This document shows positions 47,674 through 57,428 of a stretch of 64,000 nucleotides of DNA, one piece after another (within the stretch, counting starts at the first letter, position 1; every line of letters starts with the position of its first letter). Source of the DNA: Candidatus Paceibacter sp. (lineage in GTDB: Bacteria; Patescibacteriota; Minisyncoccia; UBA6257; JAGOQP01); the NCBI GenBank assembly GCA_020724905.1, contig DYGB01000001.1, forward strand, positions 65,866 to 129,865, given 5' to 3'. Both the position numbers and the translations under genes were made by a program. Under the pieces are notes generated by a model that was given only the letters and a program-made list of their open reading frames with translations, was not told where the DNA came from and did no database searches.

Positions 47674-49491
47674 ATGGAAACAAAAAAACAGACGCGCCGT
47701 CCAAAACGGCAACAAAGAAAGAAACCGACGTCAGATGCATCGTCTCGACGAATCGCAAAGCGCCCTGCAACACACACGGCAACATACAGGACTCTTAAAA
47801 AGAGCACGAAAGATATTGATGCAAAAAATCCTCCTCTTCGCTTTACCCCACTAGGGGGACTTGAGGAGATTGGGCAGAACATGTCCGTCTTTGAATACAA
47901 AGATGACATCTTCATCATTGATATGGGACTCTGGTTTGGAGAAGATGCTACCCCAGGAATTGACTACGTCATTCCAAACGTTGAAAGTCTTGTCCCAAAA
48001 AAGAAGAACATCAAAGGAATTATTATTACCCATGGTCACTACGACCACATTGGAGCAATTCCCCATCTTACCACCATCCTTGGAGGTGATATCCCTATCT
48101 ACGCCCCTGCACTTGCCAGAGAAATTATTAAAAAAAGACAAGAAGAATACAAAAATGCTCCAAAGCTTCAGATACATACGGTAAAAGATGGAGATACTAT
48201 ACGCATCTCTGATACCATCCACCTCAAGGTGCATGAAATCATCCATACTATTCCAGATTCTATCGCCCTTACCATCCATACCCCTGTAGGGACAATGGCA
48301 TACTGTACCGATCTTAAGATCGACTGGAAAAAAGATGGTACTCCAACAGGACTTGATGCCTATGAACGCATGGCAAAAGAAAAGATTCACACCCTCTTTC
48401 TTGAAAGTACTGCAGCAGAAAAACAAGGAACCTCTCTTCCAGAAGAAATAGCTCATGAGAATATAGAAATTCTTATGAAAGCAGCTGAGGGAAGGGTTAT
48501 TATCGGTCTGTTTGCTTCACTTCTTAACCGTGTTGCAGAAATCATTAAAATAGCAGAAAAGCTTGATAAGAAAGTTGCGCTCAGTGGCTTCTCATTAAAA
48601 ACAAACTTTAATATTGCCCAATCACTTGGATATATAAAGGTGAGAAAAGGAACAATCATTCCTCTTGAAGAGATTTCAAAATATAAAGATAATCAAATCC
48701 TTATCCTCAGCACCGGAGCTCAAGGAGAGCCTAACGCAAGTCTCATGAAAATAGCTCATGGAGAACACAGAACTGTTGAAATAAAAGCATCAGACACCAT
48801 TATCTTCTCCTCATCTATCATTCCAGGAAACGAACAAGCAATTCAAAACCTTAAAGATGACCTCACAAGACAAGGAGCACGTGTCATTCAATCACAACAC
48901 ATTGATGTACACTCAAGTGGACATGGGCCAGCAGGAGACCTTAAAAAAGTTATTGGTATTATACAACCACAATACTTTGTCCCTATCCATGGTATGTATT
49001 TCATGCGTGCTGCAAACGTTGAACTCGCAAAAGAAATGGGAGTACCAAAACAGAACAGCTTTCTCATTGATAACGGAAACATCCTTGATATGTATGCCGA
49101 TCATATTGATGTATCAGATGAAACCGTAGCATCACAATATGTCATGGTTGATGGACTCGGAGTTGGAGATGTTGAAGAGGTTGTTCTCCGAGACCGTCGT
49201 GCCCTTGCAGAAGAAGGTATGATTGTTGTTATCGCAACCATTGATAGACGTACAGGACGATTCCTCAAAAATCCAGATATCATCTCTCGAGGATTTATCT
49301 ACCTTAAAGAAAACAAAGGCCTTATCGAAGATATGAGAAAACGTGTAAAACTAGCGATTCAAAAAATCCCTCGTATCCAATCAGTAGAAACAGAGTACAT
49401 AAAAACACTTCTTCGAGAACAACTTGGACAGTTTATCTTTAATAAAACAAAGAGACGCCCTATGATTCTCCCTGTTATCATAGAAGTCTAG
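47674..49491 (+). CDS. rnj: Ribonuclease J (beta-CASP metallo-beta-lactamase RNase) with a ~50-aa Lys/Arg-rich N-terminal extension
   Basis: Conserved RNase J N-terminus LRFTPLGGLEEIGQNMSVFEY and an HGHYDHIG zinc motif, plus beta-CASP and C-terminal domains. It is preceded by METKKQTRRPKRQQRKKPTSDASSRRIAKRPATH.... Confidence 0.9.
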   Translation: METKKQTRRPKRQQRKKPTSDASSRRIAKRPATHTATYRTLKKSTKDIDAKNPPLRFTPLGGLEEIGQNMSVFEYKDDIFIIDMGLWFGEDATPGIDYVIPNVESLVPKKKNIKGIIITHGHYDHIGAIPHLTTILGGDIPIYAPALAREIIKKRQEEYKNAPKLQIHTVKDGDTIRISDTIHLKVHEIIHTIPDSIALTIHTPVGTMAYCTDLKIDWKKDGTPTGLDAYERMAKEKIHTLFLESTAAEKQGTSLPEEIAHENIEILMKAAEGRVIIGLFASLLNRVAEIIKIAEKLDKKVALSGFSLKTNFNIAQSLGYIKVRKGTIIPLEEISKYKDNQILILSTGAQGEPNASLMKIAHGEHRTVEIKASDTIIFSSSIIPGNEQAIQNLKDDLTRQGARVIQSQHIDVHSSGHGPAGDLKKVIGIIQPQYFVPIHGMYFMRAANVELAKEMGVPKQNSFLIDNGNILDMYADHIDVSDETVASQYVMVDGLGVGDVEEVVLRDRRALAEEGMIVVIATIDRRTGRFLKNPDIISRGFIYLKENKGLIEDMRKRVKLAIQKIPRIQSVETEYIKTLLREQLGQFIFNKTKRRPMILPVIIEV

Positions 49492-50615
49492 AAGAAAAGT
49501 GTCATATAGACGGTATAAACAATCGCCATACAAAGAACAAGAAAAATAATCACAAGAACGGATGGGTCCACATTTCCCAATACCGATACCTCTTGTGGTT
49601 TTTTCTTTCGCATCGCAATCCACATCAATACAATTGATGACCATTCGATAGCAAGAAACAAACCCCCTACAATACTCACTAACATAAGGAAATTATCAAA
49701 CCCCACAAACACAAATACGATAGGGACAAGTGAAACAATACCCCCAGCAACAAGACGAGGAAGCCCTACATCTTGTCGAAATGATCGAAACAGATCAGAT
49801 CCATTTGAAATAAATGAACTCCACAGAGCAAAAATCCCAAGCACTCCCATAATAATCTGGACATTCCATGGTAACTTCACCAGCCCACTCACTCCATCTT
49901 GAGTAATAACATCACTCATACTCACCACTCCAATAACAAATACGAAGTAAAGTGCAAGTGAGATAAATACACCACTGGAAACAGCCCACCGAATTTGTTT
50001 CTTCTCTCCTTTTAAAAATAACACTACATCAGGAATCACTGCACGACCCCCCAAAGAAAACAGAAATGCCCCAATAGGAAGAACAAACAAAAAGGGAGAG
50101 AAAGGAGAAAGAGACAAAGAAAATTCTTCAAGGTGAGAAAGACCAAATCCAAGAATCATCACAATCACAATCCCTATCCCCATCGTGGCAAAAAACTCTA
50201 ACTGTGCCTCATTTTTTATACGCAAAAAGATAGCCCAAAAAGAAAGTAACCAAAAAACCAATGCAAGAATCAAAAACGGTGTATCAGCAAAAAATAGTTT
50301 CAAAAAACTTACCGAAAGAACAATATAGGTAGTCAGCACAAACAGTGTCCCTAGCCCATTCACAAATAACAAACTAAAGAAACCTTTCTTTCCAAAGTAG
50401 TATCGAGCAAGGCCCATAATACGATGCTCACTATGATCATCTAACACAAGATCCGCATACATAAGGAATATACATACCGCAATAAGAGAAACTACAAGAC
50501 CAAATAACACTCCTCCTATAATACCTGCCTGAGAAAACACAAATGGAAGAGAAAAAATTCCCGCCCCAATAATGGTCCCTACCAATAATGATGTTGCTAA
50601 AATAAACTGTTTCAT
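49488..50615 (-). CDS. Polytopic membrane transporter-like protein (possibly amino-acid permease family)
   Basis: 375 aa with about 11 TM helices. The N-terminal motif LVGTIIGAGIFSLP resembles amino-acid/aromatic permeases. Overlaps the rnj stop by 4 nt. Confidence 0.45.
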   Translation of the reverse strand: MKQFILATSLLVGTIIGAGIFSLPFVFSQAGIIGGVLFGLVVSLIAVCIFLMYADLVLDDHSEHRIMGLARYYFGKKGFFSLLFVNGLGTLFVLTTYIVLSVSFLKLFFADTPFLILALVFWLLSFWAIFLRIKNEAQLEFFATMGIGIVIVMILGFGLSHLEEFSLSLSPFSPFLFVLPIGAFLFSLGGRAVIPDVVLFLKGEKKQIRWAVSSGVFISLALYFVFVIGVVSMSDVITQDGVSGLVKLPWNVQIIMGVLGIFALWSSFISNGSDLFRSFRQDVGLPRLVAGGIVSLVPIVFVFVGFDNFLMLVSIVGGLFLAIEWSSIVLMWIAMRKKKPQEVSVLGNVDPSVLVIIFLVLCMAIVYTVYMTLFF

Positions 50616-50618
50616 ATG

Positions 50619-51971
50619 CTACACATGATATGTCTTTCCTGCCTCTCCAACGACTGCATCAAGAGAGAGTTCTTCTGTGATTCGTGTGGCTAACGCCTCA
50701 CTCTGAGCTACCTCTCCCTGTACTACAACAACAAGGCGAGTCCGCTCCCCCAGTGCTTTGACCCACTCAAGAAGTAATGGTTGGTCAGCATGAGCAGAAT
50801 ACCCTGAGATAAAACGCCTCTGAGCAGCAACACGAATCTTTCGTCTCTGTAGGGTAATTTCCTCAATACCATCAAGAAGTGCTCGCCCAAGTGTTCCTGG
50901 AGACTGAAATCCAATAAAAAGAAGGATGGTATCAGGTTTGTCCAGATAAGTATGGTAATGAGAACGAATACGTCCACCATCAGACATACCAGCTCCTGCA
51001 ATAATAATTTTTGGACCCGTTACTCGCGCTATCTCTGATGACTCTTCAGCAGAACGAACAAGGGTAAGTTCAGAAAACCGAAACACCTCAGGATCAATCC
51101 TCAACATGTCTTTTACCTCAGGACTAAAGAATGCAGGATCGTGAACATATGTTTCATAGACAGCGGTAATACTAATAGCAAGTGGGCTATCAACAAACAC
51201 AGGGACAGAAGGAACCTCTTTTCTTTCAAAAAATCCATTTAATTCAAATAAAATATCTTGTGTTCTTTCAAATGCAAAGGAGGGAATAAGAAGTGTTCCT
51301 TTTCGATGAATCGTATCAAGTACCGCCTGTTTTAAAAGACTCCCTCGCACCTCAACACTTTCATGGATACGTCCTCCATACGCAGATTCAACAAATGCTC
51401 CATCAACATCAGATACATATTCAGTTTTCTTCAAAAGGACTGATGGTTGATTCCCCAGATCTCCAGAGAACGCAACTGCTTTCCCATCTCCACTGTCTTC
51501 TATGCGAAGAGACGCAGACCCCAATACATGTCCTGCATTATAAAATGAGACACGAAGTGATCCAACTAAAAGAGGATCATGGTATGAAACTCCTTTCCAC
51601 TGGGACAGTGCCTTTTTTACAGCATCTTCTCGATATAGTGCTTTTCCTCTCCCTTCTTTTTCTTCATAGGACATTACCTTTACCATATCTGAAAGAAGTA
51701 GTGCCCCAACATCTTTGCTCGGTTTAGTTGAGTAAATAGGTCCCTCAAATCCTCTTTCACATAACAGAGGAATCAGTCCACTATGATCAATATGTGCATG
51801 TGTCAAAAAAACAGCCTTAATATCTTTGGGGGTATAGGGAAATACTACCTCATCAACATCTCCTTCTTGAAAAAATCCACACTCAACAAGGTATAGATCT
51901 CCCGCACTATCCTTTAAAAGATACTGTGCACCCGTCACATGACCTCCTCCCCCAATACATGTAATATCCAT
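50619..51971 (-). CDS. MBL-fold metallo-hydrolase of the beta-CASP RNA-processing type (CPSF/RNase J-like nuclease)
   Basis: HAHIDHSGLIP (HxHxDH) and downstream beta-CASP-like blocks. 450 aa. Confidence 0.7.
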   Translation of the reverse strand: MDITCIGGGGHVTGAQYLLKDSAGDLYLVECGFFQEGDVDEVVFPYTPKDIKAVFLTHAHIDHSGLIPLLCERGFEGPIYSTKPSKDVGALLLSDMVKVMSYEEKEGRGKALYREDAVKKALSQWKGVSYHDPLLVGSLRVSFYNAGHVLGSASLRIEDSGDGKAVAFSGDLGNQPSVLLKKTEYVSDVDGAFVESAYGGRIHESVEVRGSLLKQAVLDTIHRKGTLLIPSFAFERTQDILFELNGFFERKEVPSVPVFVDSPLAISITAVYETYVHDPAFFSPEVKDMLRIDPEVFRFSELTLVRSAEESSEIARVTGPKIIIAGAGMSDGGRIRSHYHTYLDKPDTILLFIGFQSPGTLGRALLDGIEEITLQRRKIRVAAQRRFISGYSAHADQPLLLEWVKALGERTRLVVVVQGEVAQSEALATRITEELSLDAVVGEAGKTYHV

Positions 51972-51982
51972 AACAAAACAGA

Positions 51983-53176
51983 TTAGTTATTTTCTTCACA
52001 CACACGACTCAATACCTCAGCATCAGACCAGGGAATGACCTTCCCTCCAGCGACATGAATACTATTTTCTGATCCTTTCCCACTACATACAATACAGTCT
52101 CCCTCCTTGGCATATAATCGTGCTTTGATAATAGCAGCTTCTCTTTCTTCAATAATTTCTGCAGTATTTGCTTCTTTGTGATGGTTAGAAATCCCCTCAT
52201 AAACAGCTTCCATAATGGCACGAGGATCTTCATCATACGGGTCTTCATTGGTAACAATAATACGATCACAGTATTCACTTGCAGCTGCACCAAGATGTGG
52301 TCGCTTCCATTTGTCTCTTCCTCCACCCGCAGATCCAAGAACACAGATTAAAGATCCCTTCGTATCTGATGCAAGATGAGAAAGAACAGCGCGCAAAGAA
52401 TCTGGAGTATGTGCATAGTCAACCACTCCCCTCACAGGACTCTCACATACAACCTGCATACGCCCCTCAAGCCCCTTAAAGCTCGATACCGCCTCTTGTA
52501 TCGTCACGTCCTCAACTCCCTCATGAAGAGCGATACGACGAGCACAGGCAATATTTATCTGATTAAAGTCCCCTAAAAGAGAAGGAGGGGCCACAAGACC
52601 ATCCATCTGAGAAAATAGTATCACCTCATGCTTCCCCGCAGCATTCACAAAGGAATCAGCATGCGCATCATCAGCGCGTACAAAAAACGTTGCACTGGTA
52701 TGTGCTTGAGCATATGAAAAGAATGAAACCTTTGCTGCCATATATGCTTCAAATGATCCATGAGCCTCAATATGTTCTGGATGAATCCCTAAAAAAGCAA
52801 CATCATTCCAATCAATCCACTGATGTCGAAATTGAGCAACTCCCTGAGAAGTCACCTCAACAAGAGCAATGTCACATCCTTTCTTAATAGCTTTTCGTAA
52901 AAATCGTTGTAAAAAAAATCGTCCTGGCATAGAATTGCCTGTCATGTTTCGTTCTCGTTCTTTCCCCATCCAGACTGATGTTGAAGACACGAGAGCTGGT
53001 CTGTGCCCTGCATACTCAAAGATATGAAAGAGAAGGGCTAGTGTTGTTGATTTCCCCTTTGTTCCTGTAACACCAATGACACGAATACGATGAGATGGAA
53101 AACGATACAGTATCGCTCCTAGTAACGGAAGGAGTCGATGATATAACGATAGGAAAAATGATACAAACTTTCTCAT
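51983..53176 (-). CDS. Mur ligase family protein (MurE/MurF-like; central and C-terminal domains only)
   Basis: P-loop IGVTGTKGKSTT (Mur ligase middle domain). At 397 aa it is shorter than canonical MurE/MurF. Confidence 0.55.
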   Translation of the reverse strand: MRKFVSFFLSLYHRLLPLLGAILYRFPSHRIRVIGVTGTKGKSTTLALLFHIFEYAGHRPALVSSTSVWMGKERERNMTGNSMPGRFFLQRFLRKAIKKGCDIALVEVTSQGVAQFRHQWIDWNDVAFLGIHPEHIEAHGSFEAYMAAKVSFFSYAQAHTSATFFVRADDAHADSFVNAAGKHEVILFSQMDGLVAPPSLLGDFNQINIACARRIALHEGVEDVTIQEAVSSFKGLEGRMQVVCESPVRGVVDYAHTPDSLRAVLSHLASDTKGSLICVLGSAGGGRDKWKRPHLGAAASEYCDRIIVTNEDPYDEDPRAIMEAVYEGISNHHKEANTAEIIEEREAAIIKARLYAKEGDCIVCSGKGSENSIHVAGGKVIPWSDAEVLSRVCEENN

Positions 53177-53748
53177 AAGCGTTTTTCTTGTGCAAGTAGT
53201 TTTAATGCTTCCTTAACTCGTTTTTCAAATGATCCACTGTGTGTTATCTGTTTTGAACAAATATGTCGTACCTGAGTAGTATCATACCCCAGTCCAATTA
53301 ATACATCTTCAAGTTCCATCTGAGATGCTACCTGTGTATTTGAAGAAATCTCCTTGCCACGCAATTTCTCTGACAATTCAATAATGATCTTTGACGCAGT
53401 CTTGCTTCCTACCCCTGCACGTTTTGAAAGTCCCTGGGCATCACGAAGTAAAATAAGACCTGCAATATCATCAACAGACACACGGGAAAGAATTTTCATT
53501 GCCATTTTAGGACCAATACCAGGTACGGTCCGTAGTAAATCAAAAAGTGAGCGCTCCTGAAGTGTTTTAAATCCGAACAGTGAGGTAAAGTCAGCCCCAA
53601 CAACACAAAAAGCTTTTAGCTTTTTTCCTTCTTGAGCAGATGACAATAGTGAGGGAGTCCCAACAATATAAAACCCTATTCCTCCCGCCTCTATCACACA
53701 TCCATCACTATCAATATGAGACACAATACCTTCCAGGGAATAGATCAT
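53173..53748 (-). CDS. ruvA: Holliday junction branch-migration complex subunit RuvA
   Basis: MIYSLEGIV...IEAGGIGFYIV is the OB-fold start. Helix-hairpin-helix LFDLLRTVPGIGPKMAMKIL. The start is taken at the internal Met, as the longer ORF adds 14 hydrophobic residues. Confidence 0.85.
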   Translation of the reverse strand: MIYSLEGIVSHIDSDGCVIEAGGIGFYIVGTPSLLSSAQEGKKLKAFCVVGADFTSLFGFKTLQERSLFDLLRTVPGIGPKMAMKILSRVSVDDIAGLILLRDAQGLSKRAGVGSKTASKIIIELSEKLRGKEISSNTQVASQMELEDVLIGLGYDTTQVRHICSKQITHSGSFEKRVKEALKLLAQEKRL

Positions 53749-53798
53749 ATACACAGTATACGAGAAAAACGAGGTAAAAAAAAGAAGCATACATTAAA

Positions 53799-53827
53799 TT
53801 GACTTTCATACCTCTATTTGATATGCT
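53799..53827 (+). promoter_or_regulatory. Putative sigma70 promoter of rpsT (TTGACT-N17-TATGCT)
   Basis: The hexamers and their spacing were read from the sequence 12-40 nt upstream of the rpsT ATG. Confidence 0.35.
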
Positions 53828-53838
53828 GAGCCGGATAT

Positions 53839-54114
53839 ATGCCAAATACAACATCAGCAAAGAAAGCTCTCCGCCAAACTACAAAAAGGAGAGAACAGAA
53901 TAAACAACGAAAAACAGCATTAAAAAAGGCGGTAAAGACATTTCGCAAACTTGCATCTGAACAGAAAAAAGATGAAGCACAAAAAGCACTTGCCACTGTA
54001 TATAAGACTGCTGATAAAGTTGCGAAAACAAACGTTATCAAAAAAAATAGTGCTGCCCGAATAAAATCACGATCAGCACAAGTATTTAAAAAGTCTTTTA
54101 GTGCTGAGAAATAA
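53839..54114 (+). CDS. rpsT: 30S ribosomal protein S20
   Basis: MPNTTSAKKALRQTTKRREQNKQRK... is a basic 91-aa protein with the S20 signature. Confidence 0.9.
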   Translation: MPNTTSAKKALRQTTKRREQNKQRKTALKKAVKTFRKLASEQKKDEAQKALATVYKTADKVAKTNVIKKNSAARIKSRSAQVFKKSFSAEK

Positions 54115-54898
54115 CGTAAGAAAGGAACAGTAAATCAAGATCTTCTCCCTGTTTCATACGGGTATCGATAATAGAAAGTCGTTCAATGAGCGACTTTTTT
54201 GATGCGACAGCACTCATGTAATAAAAGAGTGCTTCTGTACCAATTCCTTGAAATAATAGCGCCTCAAATAGTGAAAGTCTTCCAGAAAGAGATCCTCCTA
54301 GAAGTGCGCGGGATCCTTCAAAAAGTGTCTTTTCTTCTTTGTGTTCAGGAAGCGCAAGAATATCAGAAGCACTCACTGAACGCCCTAAAAAAGAAAGACG
54401 ATCTATCTCATGAGAAAGAAGTGCAACATTATCTCCATAGAGTGAATGAAGAAGAACAAGTGCTTTTTTCTCAATCAAAAGACCCTTCTGTTTTGAACGC
54501 AAGGAAAGATACGAAATAAGATCACCTCCTTTCAGTGGTCCAAAATACTGTTTCTTCGTAATATAGGCACTAAGCTTCTTCTCATGCTTCTTGTACTCCT
54601 TTTCAGTCCATGAGCTTAACATGAGCGCAACACATTCCTTGTCCATTGATGCTCTTTGAATGAGTAGTACCATATCATCTATAGAAAATTCCTCTGCTTG
54701 TTTGATAAGAGCAAGTCGTTTTCCTCCAGAAAAAAGTGTCCGTGAAGAAAGAAAATCAATCGCCTCTGCCATAGCTCCCTCATCAGCTCCAGAAAATATC
54801 CCTATCTCTACCCCTCCTTTCTTTTGAACATCCCTTAAAAGAGCGTGTGACTGCTCTCTCTTTCTAAATGCCTCGGGACCATAGAAAAAATACACCAT
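54098..54898 (-). CDS. DNA polymerase III delta subunit-like protein (HolA-like)
   Basis: Starts ...YFFYGPEAF..., with helical-bundle pattern LL..L..N...L..EI.KL. At 266 aa it is short but consistent with reduced-genome HolA. Confidence 0.5.
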   Translation of the reverse strand: MVYFFYGPEAFRKREQSHALLRDVQKKGGVEIGIFSGADEGAMAEAIDFLSSRTLFSGGKRLALIKQAEEFSIDDMVLLIQRASMDKECVALMLSSWTEKEYKKHEKKLSAYITKKQYFGPLKGGDLISYLSLRSKQKGLLIEKKALVLLHSLYGDNVALLSHEIDRLSFLGRSVSASDILALPEHKEEKTLFEGSRALLGGSLSGRLSLFEALLFQGIGTEALFYYMSAVASKKSLIERLSIIDTRMKQGEDLDLLFLSYVISQH

Positions 54899-54900
54899 AA

Positions 54901-56373
54901 TTAATCACGTTTTGGAAATAAGACTCCCTGTGAAACAACGCTCACCCCCTTCTTTTGTATGCGGATACTCTTTTGAATACGCTCTGCAGTATCAGGAAGA
55001 AATGGCTCTAAAAAGACAGCAATACTCTGCAATAAGATAACTAAAGAAAAGAGTGTTTTTGTATTCTCAATATCAGGATTTTCTAAAGACCATGGTTTCT
55101 TCTCAGCAATATAGGTATTACCTAGCCCAATAAGATCCCATACAACACCAACAGCACTATTAAACCGGAATGACTCCATTGCTTCATCAAGATCCTCTCG
55201 AGCTGTCTTTATCTTCTGCTCTATAAACAAATCCATAAGGTGATAATCGTGAGGAAGTATTGCTTCTCGCTTTGAAAGCAACCCACATACACGCGCATAT
55301 AAATTTCCAAGTCCATGTGCTAAATCAGCATTGTATCGTTCTTCAAATCGATGTGCTGAAAAATCACCATCCTCAAACGGAGATACTTCACGAAGAAGGT
55401 AGTAGCGAAGAGGATCAATCCCATAGGCAGAAACAAGTGCGTCAGGATACAATACATTCCCAACAGATTTAGACATCTTCTCCCCTTCAGCAGTAATAAA
55501 CCCATGTACAAAGAGTTTTTTAGGGAGCTCAAGCCCTGCTGATAATAACATTGCAGGCCAAATAGCAGCATGGAATCGAAGCACATCTTTCCCCAGTACT
55601 TGTACATCAGCAGGCCACCACTTCTCAAATGTCTTCTTGTCCCTCCCATACCCAATAGCTGAAATATAGTTTGTGAGAGCATCAGCCCACACATACATTG
55701 TCTGCGTTTCATCCCCAGGAACAGGAATTCCCCAAGAAAGTTTCTCACGTGACCGAGAGAAACTGATATCATCAAGTCCCTGTTCAATAAATGAAAGAAT
55801 TTCTTTTTCACGAATAGCAGGAACAATATGAAGTTCTCTACTCTGAATCTTTTGTTTTAACTGTTTTGTATATGAAGAAAGTCGAAAGAAATAATTTTCT
55901 TCCTCAATGAGCTCTGGTTCTTTTTTATGAATAGGACAGTGGCCTTGCTCTAAATCTTTAGGACTCAAAAATGCTTCACACCCAGAACAATAGAGTCCTC
56001 GGTATACTTTCTTGTATATATCCCCACTCTCCATCATTCTCTTCCACAGAGCGATAGCTCCTGGATAATGTTTTTTCTTGTCAGTGGTACGAATAAACTC
56101 ATCAAAAGAGATATTAAGAACCTTTTTTAAATCTTTAAAGACCCGACTATTCTGCGTTGCAAACTGTAGAGGAGTAAGAGAATGCTGGGCAGCACTCCGT
56201 AATACCTTGGTTCCATGCTCATCAGTCCCGGTAAGGAATAAGACATCTTTCCCTTTAAGACGTTGATACCGTGCAATCGCATCAGATTGCACTGCTTCAA
56301 GACCAAATCCAATATGTGGAACACTATTCACATATGGAAGTGTTGTTGTGATATAAAATGATTCTTTCTTCAT
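54901..56373 (-). CDS. metG: Methionine--tRNA ligase
   Basis: Class I HIGH-region (TTTLPYVNSVPHIGFG), zinc knuckle (CSGCEAF...CPIHK) and KMSKS motif. 490 aa. Confidence 0.9.
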   Translation of the reverse strand: MKKESFYITTTLPYVNSVPHIGFGLEAVQSDAIARYQRLKGKDVLFLTGTDEHGTKVLRSAAQHSLTPLQFATQNSRVFKDLKKVLNISFDEFIRTTDKKKHYPGAIALWKRMMESGDIYKKVYRGLYCSGCEAFLSPKDLEQGHCPIHKKEPELIEEENYFFRLSSYTKQLKQKIQSRELHIVPAIREKEILSFIEQGLDDISFSRSREKLSWGIPVPGDETQTMYVWADALTNYISAIGYGRDKKTFEKWWPADVQVLGKDVLRFHAAIWPAMLLSAGLELPKKLFVHGFITAEGEKMSKSVGNVLYPDALVSAYGIDPLRYYLLREVSPFEDGDFSAHRFEERYNADLAHGLGNLYARVCGLLSKREAILPHDYHLMDLFIEQKIKTAREDLDEAMESFRFNSAVGVVWDLIGLGNTYIAEKKPWSLENPDIENTKTLFSLVILLQSIAVFLEPFLPDTAERIQKSIRIQKKGVSVVSQGVLFPKRD

Positions 56374-57392
56374 ACTTCAGTAGCGGGTTCGATAGGGGGA
56401 TCCTTTTTAAATGACCACCCATCGATAAGTTCTTGTATAATAATAGCTGCAGGAATAGCCAAGATTGCTCCAATAAATCCACCAACTTGAGATCCGGCCA
56501 AAATAGCAATCACAACAAGTACCGGATCAAATCCAACTGCTTTTCCAACAATAAGAGGGACTAAAAGATGATTTTCAATCTGTTGAATTGCAAAGAAGAT
56601 AAGTACTGCAATAAATGCAAGTGTCACTGACTGGGGGAGGATAACAATAAAACTGATAACGCCAACAGCGATAGGTCCAACATAGGGAATAATTTCAAAA
56701 AGCGCAGCAAGAAGAGCGAGTACAAGTGCGTATTCAACTCCTAAGATAACAAGCCCTACAAACGTAAGCGCCCCCACAAAGAAACTCACAATAATCTGAC
56801 TGGTAAACCATCGTCCAATCTTCCTTCTCATGCGATCAAAAAGTGCAATAACATCATTCTCTTTTTTAAGAGGAGTAAGAGAGCGTAAGAATCGCTCAAT
56901 AGACCCTTTACTGACCGTCATATAAAATGAGAGCACCACCGTGACAAACACGGAAAAAAGATTTCCTGCTACTGAGGAAAGAAATGAAAGCGTCCCAGAT
57001 CCTCCAGAAAAAAGTGTATTAATCCATCCACTTACCCCCTGATCAAGATCACTGACTAACTGTGAAAGCCCCAGGTCCTCAAGGAAGGGAAGCTCAATAT
57101 CGCTCAAGTGTCCAAAGAAATATTTTAACTGTATTAATACGACAGGTACGAGTGTGTATAGGACAAGTCCTATCACCGCAGCACCAAGAAGGAAAATAAT
57201 CAACACACTTAAAATACGAGGAATATTCTTACTCTCAAGATAGGTGACAGGAACATGAAGCGCAGAAGAAATAATGACAGCAAAAAAAACAATAACCAGA
57301 ACTTCTGATATATAAAAAAGAGTCACCGCCAAAAGAATCACGCCGATGATACGAAAAAGCGATATCCATGTAATATCAATACTCTGCCTCAT
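56370..57392 (-). CDS. AI-2E family transporter (PerM/UPF0118)
   Basis: 340 aa with 7-8 TM helices and a typical AI-2E length and hydropathy profile. Overlaps metG by 4 nt. Confidence 0.7.
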   Translation of the reverse strand: MRQSIDITWISLFRIIGVILLAVTLFYISEVLVIVFFAVIISSALHVPVTYLESKNIPRILSVLIIFLLGAAVIGLVLYTLVPVVLIQLKYFFGHLSDIELPFLEDLGLSQLVSDLDQGVSGWINTLFSGGSGTLSFLSSVAGNLFSVFVTVVLSFYMTVSKGSIERFLRSLTPLKKENDVIALFDRMRRKIGRWFTSQIIVSFFVGALTFVGLVILGVEYALVLALLAALFEIIPYVGPIAVGVISFIVILPQSVTLAFIAVLIFFAIQQIENHLLVPLIVGKAVGFDPVLVVIAILAGSQVGGFIGAILAIPAAIIIQELIDGWSFKKDPPIEPATEV

Positions 57393-57428
57393 ACAGGTAT
57401 CATACTACACCACAAAAAAATACGAAAG

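Noticed and set aside
47565-47798. 77-aa ORF starting inside the tRNA-Leu gene
   Set aside because: It overlaps a convincingly folded tRNA and the rnj start. It is an ORF-caller artefact.
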